DNA of 40,298 nt from Leucobacter sp. (GCA_034676385.1 JAUCCH010000055.1:1-40298); one strand, 5' to 3'; counted from the first letter of the stretch, positions 1-9,019 are shown. A program made the numbers and translations. The notes: generated by a model not told the origin, from the sequence alone.

Positions 1-951
1 CGGCGAACGATGCGCCGCCCGGTGACATGTGCCGCTCGGCTTGCGTGACGCGAACGCTGTGTAGGGCACCTCAGCAACCTCAGCCCTGGAGATCAGCCGA
101 CCCGTCACTTCATCACGGGTCGCACCGGGGTACATGATCGGCTGCCACGCGTGATCACTGATGGTCTCGATCGCGCGCTTGATCAATGGATTCATGCGAA
201 CTGTCACCGACAGCGTCAGCGCCCACAGCCAATGCTGCTCGGGCGACGGTGTGAGAGTAGTAGGCGGCGTCTGCTCGTACCAACACCCGCCGATCGGGTG
301 CCCCGCTCATACGACCCAACTGGGCGAGGGCATCACCAACGACTCGTTTCGCGCCACGTGCGGAACTCGTTGCCCCCTTCCCGAAGTCGTTGTGTGAGCA
401 CCACAGGGTGCGGAGTCCTTCATCGAAACCCAACAGCAAGGACAGCGTTGAGCCCCCACACCCCAGAGTAGCCAAACAAGGCCCCCTGCTTCAGGTACCC
501 CTCAACCTCGATAATGGTGTCATCAACATCAACAAAGGTGAACTCGTCTCTCGCCGCAGGCAACAACCCCGGCGTCTCACGGGTGAGGCTGGTGAGGAAC
601 CTCGACGCGACCACGTCAAGCTAGCACGTGCCCAAACTCAAACGCCCGCAAGAACGACCCGAGCGTTGACGGGGCGTACACGCGATCGAAGAGCCGGGTC
701 ATGCCGCCATGACGAAGCAACCGCATATCATCGATCGAGTCGGCGCCAGCGACCATGCCAGCGATCAATGAGGCGACCTTTGCTCCCGCGTTCGCTCCCT
801 TGTCAGAAGGAACGGTGAGGTGCGTGTCAGCGAGATGCGTCAGGCCTGCCCGCTCGGCCAGACGCATCACCGGCACCAAGCCCGAAGCCGACACAAGGTT
901 GATGTCATCGAACTCCGCAGACAGCGCCGCTGACGTGTGATTGAATTGCAT
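1..951 (-). pseudogene. IS1380-family transposase, fragmented into three frames (616..951, 420..614, 155..475); the remainder runs off the window start
   Basis: N-terminal 'FDDINLVSASGLVPVMRLAERAGL' and DDE-region 'VDVDDTIIEVEGYLKQGALFGYSGVWGLNAVLA' match the IS1380 transposase pattern (FDxxxLTSxAGL ... DVDxTxxExxGxxKQGAxxGYxG). The consecutive pieces lie in different frames on the same strand, indicating frameshifts. Confidence 0.5.
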
Positions 952-1374
952 CTTGGAGGTGCTCCCTGAGATGGGTTGGAATGGTCGTGTCGTAACAACT
1001 ATTCTCCCAGATCAGAGGGGCCTTTCCGTTATTTCAGAGCACTCTTTTGAGCCTAGTCATCGGTGAATCCGGGCTTAAGCGCACTAGACTGCCTGGCGCT
1101 TACATGTTCAACCGCGCCCTCGACCGGTCCTTTAAGTTGGTCCGCATCCTCGAGCCGATTCCGCGCTCGGGTGAGTTCTTCAACTCGACTTCGCTGTACC
1201 GCGGTCATTCCAAGAACTGTCTGGAGCGTTCTTGCCGACGGTGCCAATCCATACTCATTCATGAAATGAGACAATCAGAAATTCGAATTCTTACGCAACC
1301 ACAAGTCGCTGAGTCAGCGATTCCAATTGAGGTTCACTGGCGATTCGCTTGCGGTAAGGCTAGACAGCCACGCC

Positions 1375-1791
1375 CTAAGCACTGACAAGAAGCTGGTCAC
1401 GTCGCAGATAAGCATAGCTTTGTGGTGCCGTTGAATTCGGTTCGACCTCTTTGAGCGGAAGCGGCTGCTCAAAAGACATAGCTTCCTCGACAACGATGGC
1501 AAATGCAATCTCTTTGCCCTCGTAGTAACTGAAAAATGCTGCCTGTCCAATTACCCCTGATTCGCCATAGCGAGCCCAGATAGCTTCGGGACTATCTTCA
1601 ACAATCTCATCAATATTGAATGTGCCTAGCACGCGGCTCACGGGCGCAGTCGCGTAAACGATCACAGTTTTTATGTCTGCAGCGAGCCGGCGCTTACGAA
1701 ATTCGACTGTCTTGGCGCCTTGAAAGATCGCTTCAGCGTACTCAGGGTGAATCGACATCAGTGCGACGCGTTCAGTTGCTGCTCGACCCAT
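1375..1791 (-). CDS. ASCH (PUA-like) domain protein
   Basis: 138 aa. 'LMSIHPEYAEAIFQGAKTVEFRKRR ... IAFAIVVEEAMSFEQPLPLKE' fits the ASCH beta-barrel pattern. It overlaps the upstream EVE gene by 34 nt on the same strand, consistent with an operon. Confidence 0.5.
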   Translation of the reverse strand: MGRAATERVALMSIHPEYAEAIFQGAKTVEFRKRRLAADIKTVIVYATAPVSRVLGTFNIDEIVEDSPEAIWARYGESGVIGQAAFFSYYEGKEIAFAIVVEEAMSFEQPLPLKEVEPNSTAPQSYAYLRRDQLLVSA

Positions 1792-2204
1792 GCAATACCC
1801 TCCGTGTTCTTGACTTCGACCACTGACTGAGGAGCAGCCTTGACCACCTTATTCGATATCAGCTCCGAAAGTCCCCAAGTTGGTATCATGAACCGATCAT
1901 GTCTAGACAAAATCGTCAAGACAGATCGCTTCCACCTTCCATGGAGCGCTTCGATCTCCACCGGAGAATATACGGTTCGCTTGAACGAGAGCGCCGCAGT
2001 TGCAGATGGGTCGATACCCTTATGGGATCCTTCAGCGATACCGACCGCGCTTACCGCACCATCACCCTTACGAGTTCCTTGAGAACGGTAGAAGAGAAGG
2101 AGCGCTCCAGGAGGAATGCTCGATTGAGGTGCTCTACACAGGTAAGCCTTTCGTATCGCATTACCGTGCGCACGAGTGTTTGTGTTTAATCCGGGAAGAA
2201 GCAT
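1758..2204 (-). CDS. EVE (PUA-like) domain protein
   Basis: 'NTRAHGNAIRKAYL...PPGALLLFYRSQGTRKGDGAVSAVGIAEG ... ILSRHDRFMIPTWGLSELI' parallels the EVE/THYN1 core (WDGVRNYQARNFLRxM..GDxxFFYHS....IVGIAEIV ... LFTRQRLSIQPLTxEEF). The first beta-strand appears to be missing. Confidence 0.5.
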   Translation of the reverse strand: MLLPGLNTNTRAHGNAIRKAYLCRAPQSSIPPGALLLFYRSQGTRKGDGAVSAVGIAEGSHKGIDPSATAALSFKRTVYSPVEIEALHGRWKRSVLTILSRHDRFMIPTWGLSELISNKVVKAAPQSVVEVKNTEGIAWVEQQLNASH

Positions 2205-2255
2205 GCTCCCTGAAGCACCGGGGACTTCCGCGTCTGGAAAAGTCCGTCATACCAC

Positions 2256-3287
2256 TCAGGGACGATTGGAACTACGAATATTGGTTGCCCGGCTCGAATC
2301 GCAGGAGGCCCATATTTGATATGAAACTATCCAGCCCAGTAGAGCTTTGACCTTCAGCGGGATCAAGGGTCTTGACATAGAAGCTTTCATCGCAGGTCTT
2401 CTTCCAGCGAGTCTGAATCCAAACTCAGGCAGGAACTCGGCCAACCGGTCCTTCTTATCTTTAACCTCAACAAAGATGTCACTCGGTCGTCCTGGCTCAC
2501 GTTCTGCCCAACGAAGAACGGCTTTTAAGAGCAATTCACCAAGACGACGCCCGTTTGCATGGTCGGCAACTTTGAATGTCGAGAGCTTGATCGCGCGTCG
2601 AAGGTTGTCGCTTGGATGTTCATCGGAAATCTTAAGAAGTGCAATGCCGTCGTAGGTTCCATCAGCTTGCCGAATAACCCAGCAGCGACGATTCACAGCG
2701 TCCCTTTTCAGCCGCCCTAGCCATGCGTCAAAATCAGGTGCATAATCTTCTCGCAAGCCGTCAAAGATGGATTGCGATGGATCAAGATTGTACGCAGGAA
2801 AAACCTCTACTTGCGGCGGCGGTAGCGGTGCCTCAGGATGCCAGAGGTTAAGCCGGTGTGCTGCTTCATCCGGACGGAGCACCCTTGGTTCGTGGCCAAG
2901 TTGAATTGCGCGAGAACGTAACTTCCTATCGTTCGTGACAAGAAAGTCCACAGCACCAATATGTAGCGCTGAGAGTATTCGTGCATCCCGTTGGTCGTTA
3001 TCGTTCAGATTTAATGGGTAGCAATCCCAAACCTCATCGGGCACTTGGGTTTCTTCTAGGGCCGCATACTTCCTAAAGGCAGCAAGGTTTTGCCGTCGAT
3101 GGGCCGGATCCCTTGTTTGCGAAAGGTCATCGCTTGATGCAGGGTGAACCCAAACTGTGTGCCCGTGCTTCGTTGCATGACTCAGAAAACGACTGACATG
3201 AGGCTGCACTCGTTCAAGTCCACCAGCGAAAGGCTCAGCTGCAATGATCACATTGGTATCGATCAAGAATGACATCGCTCGCTGCAT
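2256..3287 (-). CDS. PIN-domain nuclease fused to a C-terminal GNAT acetyltransferase domain
   Basis: N-terminus 'MSFLIDTNVIIAAEP ... NDQRDARILSALHIGAVDFLVTNDRKL' carries the PIN acidic-residue layout (D in IDTN, DARIL, VTND). The C-terminus 'CWVIRQADGTYDGIALLKI ... FKVADHANGRRLGELLLKAVLRWAE ... RLAEFLPEFGFRLAG' matches GNAT motifs A/B. A possible alternative start is the Met 4 codons downstream (MSFLID). Confidence 0.6.
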   Translation of the reverse strand: MQRAMSFLIDTNVIIAAEPFAGGLERVQPHVSRFLSHATKHGHTVWVHPASSDDLSQTRDPAHRRQNLAAFRKYAALEETQVPDEVWDCYPLNLNDNDQRDARILSALHIGAVDFLVTNDRKLRSRAIQLGHEPRVLRPDEAAHRLNLWHPEAPLPPPQVEVFPAYNLDPSQSIFDGLREDYAPDFDAWLGRLKRDAVNRRCWVIRQADGTYDGIALLKISDEHPSDNLRRAIKLSTFKVADHANGRRLGELLLKAVLRWAEREPGRPSDIFVEVKDKKDRLAEFLPEFGFRLAGRRPAMKASMSRPLIPLKVKALLGWIVSYQIWASCDSSRATNIRSSNRP

Positions 3288-3463
3288 ATAGCCTCCCTCG
3301 CTGGAGCTCTTCCCCCTAGGCTACCGGGGCCTAGAACTTTATTGAATCGCTCGATCTTCAGAATGCCAGTAGCCCGCCTGAAAGCTCTATGCTCTCGCCG
3401 CGAGCAATGCGCATATCCCTCAAGTCCTGCCGGCTATTTCATAGCCCGCAGCTTTCGGCACAC

Positions 3464-3784
3464 TTAGACAGCTAGTGCGGGTGAAACGCCTAAGTTTTCA
3501 ACAGTGATAAACACGGTGTTGGCGTTCTCTTGATTCGTGTAGTTCCTCTTGGGAACTCGCTCAGACTCAAACTGGGCAAGTACCGTCGGGCGCGAGAGCA
3601 CTCTATTTGACTCGGCGAGTAATTCATTCGAATTGGCAAGCCCTCTATTTGACTCCGCGAGATCCTCCAGCTGTTTCCACGCAAACATGAGTAGCACTAC
3701 AGCGACAATGACAGCTTCAAACGAGCAAACCGCCTGCCATTCGTCGGCAGTCGGGAAACCATCAAATCGCCACCATTCAGACAT
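3464..3784 (-). CDS. small hypothetical protein (one predicted TM helix plus a repeated LAESNR coiled segment); weak call
   Basis: ATG at 3784..3782 lies 6 nt outside the IS3 copy 1 end. The product has 'AVIVAVVLLMFAW' and a duplicated ~20-bp DNA repeat (CTCTATTTGACTCNGCGAG x2). The ORF-track version (3464..3895) starts inside the IS and is probably artefactual there. Confidence 0.2.
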   Translation of the reverse strand: MSEWWRFDGFPTADEWQAVCSFEAVIVAVVLLMFAWKQLEDLAESNRGLANSNELLAESNRVLSRPTVLAQFESERVPKRNYTNQENANTVFITVENLGVSPALAV

Positions 3785-3891
3785 AGATTGTATGGGCTGT
3801 GTCAAGTTTCGTAGACGTGAGAACGCTTGATTATTGATTACGGGCTGAAGATCAGGCCACAGCCCTTTCCGCTGCCTGGAGGTTTGAACGG

Positions 3892-4761
3892 TCAAAGAAC
3901 GCCTGCATCACCGACATCGGGGTGCGATACCCCGAGGGTGGAGTGGCGACGCTTCCGGTTGTAGAACACCTCAATATATTCAGCAACCGCAAGCCTTGCC
4001 CTCGCCCGGGTGGCATAGTGGTGATGATGCCAATGCTCGTTCTTCAGCGAAGCAAACCAGCTTTCGGCGACGGCATTGTCCCAGCACACCCCAGTTCTTC
4101 CCACTGAGAGTCTCAGATCCATCAGCCTGGCCGCGTCAGCGAATTCAGCAGACGTGTATTGGGCACCTTTGTCGCTGTGAAATATTGCGTTCCCGGCGGT
4201 GTAGCCGGCGCGATGCGCCATCGTGAGCGCATCAACCATCAGCGACGTTCTCATATGGGCTGCCGTCTGCCATCCGACCACCATTCTTGTGGTCAGATCA
4301 ATCACCGTCGCAAGATACAGCCAACCTTCGCCAGTTTTGAGGTACGTGATGTCGCCCACGAGGCAGGTTGTTGGAACCGGGGGTGTGAACCGACGCCCGA
4401 TGAAGTCACGCCGGATACCGGCATCGGGCGCGGGGATCGTGGTTCGTTTCGTGGCGCGCGGCTGAATCCCTTGAATCCCGAGCTCTCGCATGAGCTGCCA
4501 CACCAGCCATGGAGACACCGTCATCCCTTGAGCAGCAAGTTCGGCATGAATGCGCCGCACCCCAAGGATTTTGTGGTGATCGATCCAGATCTTCCCGATC
4601 AGATCGGAGAGCTCTTGCCGCCGTATCTTTCGGGCATCAGGTGCTGCATGTCGCCGCTGCTTCCATGCGTAAAAACCCGCACGATGCACTTTCAGCAGTC
4701 GACACATGAACGTGACAGCATGTTGGCCTTCTTCGTGTTCGATCAGCTCGTACTTGCGCAC
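3892..4761 (-). CDS. IS3-family transposase OrfB (rve/DDE integrase core); the C-terminus is altered by a 1-nt insertion relative to copy 2
   Basis: It is identical to copy 2 OrfB apart from one M/V substitution until '...RKRRHSTLG'. Then copy 1 has CCCC (3930-3933) where copy 2 has GGG on the other strand, giving 'VSHPDVGDAGVL*' instead of the consensus-like 'YRTPMSVMQAFF...'. Confidence 0.8.
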   Translation of the reverse strand: MRKYELIEHEEGQHAVTFMCRLLKVHRAGFYAWKQRRHAAPDARKIRRQELSDLIGKIWIDHHKILGVRRIHAELAAQGMTVSPWLVWQLMRELGIQGIQPRATKRTTIPAPDAGIRRDFIGRRFTPPVPTTCLVGDITYLKTGEGWLYLATVIDLTTRMVVGWQTAAHMRTSLMVDALTMAHRAGYTAGNAIFHSDKGAQYTSAEFADAARLMDLRLSVGRTGVCWDNAVAESWFASLKNEHWHHHHYATRARARLAVAEYIEVFYNRKRRHSTLGVSHPDVGDAGVL

Positions 4762-5066
4762 TACCGCTGTTCCTTCGCGAAGAAGGCCGCCGCTTTTTTT
4801 AGGAACGTGTTTTCCTCACGCAACCGGTTGATCTCACGTTGCATCTCGTGCGGGTCTTGCGAGTAAGGGTCAGGGGTTCGGCGGGCTGACCCTGAACCAG
4901 TGCCATGCGTGCCGGTTGCTTTCCCAACCCATTTCCCGAGCGTTGATTCGTTGATTTCTAGGTCGCGGGCGACCTGGGCTCGTGTTTTGCCGAGCTCGGT
5001 TACCATGCGCACAGCGTCGGCTTTGAACTCGTCACTGAACTCTCGACGGGGTCGGAGTGTAGACAT
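4761..5066 (-). CDS. IS3-family transposase OrfA (HTH)
   Basis: The 101-aa product is identical to copy 2 OrfA. An A7G (T7 on this strand, 4794-4800) slippery run lies near the 3' end, where OrfB overlaps in the -1 frame. Confidence 0.85.
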   Translation of the reverse strand: MSTLRPRREFSDEFKADAVRMVTELGKTRAQVARDLEINESTLGKWVGKATGTHGTGSGSARRTPDPYSQDPHEMQREINRLREENTFLKKAAAFFAKEQR

Positions 5067-5243
5067 CTGATGGGATTCCTTCCAATGGAGTTCTCCTGTC
5101 TACAACAAGCATGACACCTCAATTGATGACTGGAGGTAGCAATCATGCCCTGCCTGATTGGCCACCACCCATGCAGTTTCCTACTAGATGGGCTCACGAA
5201 CATGGTAACGGGGGAACTATTCACGAACAGCCCGGCGCGGAAA

Positions 5244-6144
5244 CTAGTAGATGACTCCGTCCGGACCAACCCTAGGCGGCGCAAGCCGCTCTCGAGACGC
5301 AACCAAAGCGGCTGTGGCTGCACCATGAGCAGATAGGTCAAGCAGAGTGTTCTGAAAAGTGGCACCAGTACCTTCACGCTCTATCCGGAAGAGACAGGGA
5401 AGTCCGGAATCGCGCAAGACATTCTTGGCCTCTCGACTGAACAGCTCAAGAGCAGACGTTATCTGCACTTCCAACGCAATATACGCGCGAGCGATCAAGG
5501 TCTTCAACCCTTCAGTTGCCATTCGGATGAAGCTGATGAAGTCAGTCTCAACAGCTTCCCCCCCAGAAGTCGGCGAGCACTTCGCCGACTTTCGGTCCAC
5601 GCGCTTGCAAGAGATCACTGAGTTGCAACTTCAGCGTGGTCTCAGAGCCGTGCTCACCATGTTTGACACGCACGCTGACGAAGTTGAGAATCGTGTGGCC
5701 ATGTTCAGATGCGTTACGTAGTTCCCAGACGGTGCGGTAGTAGCCATCTTTGTCGTACGCATTCTCAAACACGGAACAGACTGCCCTCTTCGCGTCTGCA
5801 CCGAAGTGAACCTCGGCTTCATGCTCAATGCGGCGACGCAGCGCAACGTATTGCGATACCCAGCTCTCCACCAGTCGTCCTACTTCACTCCTGAAGGCAC
5901 CGTCGGATCCCATGCGCTGGGCAGCACCATTCCCAGAGAGAGCAACCAGCAATTCGTTGGCAGAGTCAATCGCGCGGCTGGTCACGGTCTGTCCTGAGAA
6001 AGCGTGAATGGCGAGAACGGCGCTAGTGAGGTCCTCAGCTTCCTGGTCAGAGAGCGGATGATCTTCGACGTAGGTGTAAGAGGCCGGAGCCTCGGGAAGC
6101 GCGACGAGGCGCCCAACGTACCAGACTGACTCAGAGCTGCGCAT
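5244..6144 (-). pseudogene. hypothetical ~313-aa protein with an Rx4H (HEPN-like) motif, frameshifted at a C7/G7 homopolymer
   Basis: Two overlapping ORFs (5548..6144 and 5244..5618) join into one protein if the 7-C run at 5558-5564 is read as 6. The product contains 'WELRNASEHGH' (R-N-x-x-x-H). Confidence 0.5.
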
Positions 6145-7147
6145 TTCTCCATACTGGACGATGCGGAGCTTGAAATGTATTGGGCACTCCGCTCGTCCTC
6201 ATAACCAGTTCCCCGGATGCATCGTCACCGCCTGGAACTCATTACTGCGGTTCAAGTCAGGGCGCCCGCTTGGAGTCCCGAGTAAACCTGGAGTTGACTC
6301 TTGACGGGGTACTTGGGGACTGAATGCATGTATCAACTTACTTTGTCGCATTGCACCCCTGGTCTCACGCGCCTGCGATGTCAAGATGCCGGTTTACCCC
6401 TTGGGCGAGAATACTCCTAGCTCTAGCGTCAACGGCTGGATCGCAGGAGCATCCTATCCCTCAAAATGTGTCGATCGTACCTGTAGCGTGTAGAGACCGT
6501 CAATATTGAGACGCCTTTCGCCGGATAGAGGTTCGCACGAACAAGGCCTGATCGGGCATGATGTCATCATGCTCATTGTCGTACTTGACTCCAATACCCT
6601 TCACTCGGATGCCTGGCTCACAGGACCACATGGTGGGAAGCTGGTCGATCTAGCCGCAGAGGGCCGCGTTCGAGTCGTAGTGCCCGAAGTCGTGCGGGAT
6701 GAAATCCTCCGTCAGCGCCGCGAAGCTGTCAAGAAAGCATGTAAAGAGGCCGACAAGGCATTGACCGCGATGGAGAAAGCCGGTGTCGATGTGAGTGAGT
6801 CGAAAGTCCGCCTGCAGGAGACCTTCGACAGGATAGACAGCGAACTCGATGACGCCTTCACGGAGCTCTTTGAAAGAGTCGGCGTCGTGATGGAGCCCAC
6901 CCCCGGGGTGAACGTCAACAAATATGTGGAACGCGACCTGGCACGTCGGCGTCCGTTTCTCGAAACTGAGCAGGAGCAGAAAAAGAAGAGTTTCGGCTTC
7001 AGAGATGTGGTGATCTGGGAAACAGTTCTCTCGGTTTTCGACGGAGCTGATCCAGGAGATACCATTCTGTTCGTCACCGCTGACAAAGGCTTCCTCGAGC
7101 GCGGTGAGCCCACGGTCCACCGTGACCTCCTCGAGGACCTCGATGAG

Positions 7148-8239
7148 CTAGTGTCCCGCGCCGGTAGTTCGTTGTAATAGTCTTTTGAGGGATTCGAGGA
7201 TCTGTTCGGCGGGCTTGGTCCAAACGAAGGGCTTCGGATTCTCGTTCCATCCTTTAACCCAGGAGCGGATATCGTTCTCCAGCGCCCGGACGCTGCGGTG
7301 ATCGGAGCGTTGGAGTAAGTCGGCAGTGATGTACGCGAAGAACCGCTCGACTTGGTTGATCCAGGACGAGTACGTCGGAGTGAAGTGCAGGTGGAACCGG
7401 GGATGCTTCTCCATCCAGGTGACGATGCTCGGGCTCTTGTGGGTGCTGTAGTTGTCGCAGACCAGATGCACGTCGAGGTGCTGGGGGACTGCGGCGTCGA
7501 TCTTGGCCAGAAACTTCCTGAACTCGATCGCCCGGTGGCGGCGGTGGATGCTGGAGATCACGGTGCCATCGGCGGTGTTGAATGCCGCGAACAGACTGGT
7601 CGTGCCATGCCGGACGTAGTCATGGGTACGTTTTTCGGGCATGCCCGGCATCATCGGGAATGCCGGCTGTGATCTCGCCAGGGCCTGCACCTGCGATTTC
7701 TCGTCGACGCAGTAGACGACGGCCGCTTCGGGCGGGTCAAGGTACAGGCCGACGATGTCGTAGACCTTGTCCACGAATTGTGGGTCGTTGGAGAGTTTGA
7801 ACCCGTCTTCTCGGTGCGGTTTCAGCTCGAACGCTTTCCAGATTCGACCGATCGTGGACTTCGACAATCCGGAGCGTTCGGCCATCTTCGCCCGCGACCA
7901 ATGCGTGGCATTCCTCGGCGTCGACTCCAACGTGGCCACGACCACATCTTCGACCTGTTCGGCCGTGATCGTCGCCGGCCGCCCCGGCCGCGGCTCATCG
8001 ACCAGGCCATCCAGACGAGCCTCCAAGAACCGAGCGCGCCATTTGCTGACCGTGTTCGTCGAGCAGCCCACCTGTGCAGCCACCGTCTTGTTGTCCAGGC
8101 CTCCGCCGCAGCCGAGCACGATCCGGGACCGCAACGCCAACGCTTGTGAGGACTTCGCCCGGCGGGACCAGCGCAGCAGCTGCTCGCGCTCCTCGTTACT
8201 CAGGATCAAGTCGGCTTTCGGGCGTCCTGTTCTCGGCAT
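7148..8239 (-). CDS. IS630-family transposase (HTH + DDE)
   Basis: The 363-aa product has an N-terminal HTH (STNTVSKWRARF), a DDE core (VYCVDEKSQ ... LVCDNYSTHKS ... WINQVERFF) and the typical length. Its stop codon TAG is completed by the host-side C of the CTAG target. Confidence 0.85.
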   Translation of the reverse strand: MPRTGRPKADLILSNEEREQLLRWSRRAKSSQALALRSRIVLGCGGGLDNKTVAAQVGCSTNTVSKWRARFLEARLDGLVDEPRPGRPATITAEQVEDVVVATLESTPRNATHWSRAKMAERSGLSKSTIGRIWKAFELKPHREDGFKLSNDPQFVDKVYDIVGLYLDPPEAAVVYCVDEKSQVQALARSQPAFPMMPGMPEKRTHDYVRHGTTSLFAAFNTADGTVISSIHRRHRAIEFRKFLAKIDAAVPQHLDVHLVCDNYSTHKSPSIVTWMEKHPRFHLHFTPTYSSWINQVERFFAYITADLLQRSDHRSVRALENDIRSWVKGWNENPKPFVWTKPAEQILESLKRLLQRTTGAGH

Positions 8240-8285
8240 ACCCCATTCTACAACTTAACCAGAGGATTTCAGGCGCGCAACACTA
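7149..8285 (-). mobile_element. IS630-family insertion sequence (~1133 bp) flanked by a duplicated TA within CTAG
   Basis: The ends read 'CTAGTGTCCCGCGCC...' on both strands (15-bp terminal IRs, 13/15 identical). TA is at 7149-7150 and 8284-8285. Precise excision restores a continuous ORF. Confidence 0.75.
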
Positions 8286-9019
8286 GGAGTCGAGCGCGGA
8301 CGCATCATAAACGCTAAGGCGCTCAACCATGTCCTGGCCGTCATCACAAGCCTGCAGGAAGCGTCTCGAGCCAATGTCGCGACCGAGGCGGTGTACGCTC
8401 TGGCAGGCGAAGAGGTCGGCATCCAGTTGGTGCACGGTGGGGACTACGGCTATCCTAACTTCGTCAAGTTCACGGTGCCCGGTTTCGAGAGCCCCACCAT
8501 TTCCGAACTAGAACTGACCACAGATTTCAAAATGACTGAGAACGGTTCCACGGTCACCGCAACAGCCGACGTCACTCTCTATCTCGACGGCGCAGTGTTT
8601 AAGGGTGACTGGTACGGCTCAGAGGACGAATTATTCCACGTCGGCTCAGAACTTAATCAGCACTATTTCGAAGCCGATGCTGAGATGACCGTTCGGGCCG
8701 TCGTCGAGCTCGATGTGAGTCGCGGTGATCCTGTCGTGACGAACATTGAGCTCCACGACAAAGAAGATGACTAGATAGCCCCGATTGCTCGACGAGCCCT
8801 AGATACGACATGGCGCCCTCTCTTGAGGTCATCTGCGAGGAATCGAATAATGCCGATTCAATGTGTATGGAAACACAGCTCCTGATCGTCGAACGTACGC
8901 CCGAGCGCAAGCACATCTACTGGTTTCCCACCTACTAAGCATCTTCTGGCTTCGAGAATCCGTGGTGGTTAGAGCGGTGAGAGAGTAAACCACCCGAGGA
9001 GGAGCACTGGATATCGATT

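Larger units (their letters stand above)
3791..5121 (-). mobile_element. IS3-family insertion sequence, copy 1 (~1331 bp, orfA+orfB, imperfect terminal IRs TGAGGTGTCA.../TGGGCTGTGTCA...) flanked by a 4-bp direct repeat ATTG
   Basis: It is >99% identical to the inverted copy at 38976..end. The IRL-proximal end shares 'TGAGGTGTCATGCTTGTTGTAGACAGGAGAAC' with copy 2 and the other end carries a related IR. 'ATTG' occurs immediately outside both ends (3787-3790 and 5122-5125). Confidence 0.85.
6569..8774 (+). pseudogene. PIN-like (DUF4935-type) domain protein gene split by an IS630-family element; halves at 6569..7150 and 8286..8774
   Basis: The N-terminal half 'MLIVVLDSNTL ... VVVPEVVRDEI ... FRDVVIWETVL ... 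FVTADKGF' has a PIN-like acidic layout. Removing 7151..8285 and one TA copy joins '...LEDLDEL' in frame to 'GVERGRIINAKALNHVLAVITSLQEASRANVATEAVYALAGEEVG...', which is the upstream in-frame extension of ORF 8391..8774. The intact gene would be ~356 aa. An alternative start is 6506. Confidence 0.55.

Noticed and set aside
151-475. Plus-strand ORFs 151..471 and 161..397
   Set aside because: They are antisense to the IS1380 transposase fragments, which have clear family motifs on the minus strand.
1047-1385. Small ORFs (1047..1385 plus, 1053..1274 minus) between the ASCH gene and the IS1380 remnant
   Set aside because: They have no recognisable motifs, overlap each other in mixed frames, and lie in AT-rich DNA next to an IS end. 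Possibly a gene fragment, but unsupported.
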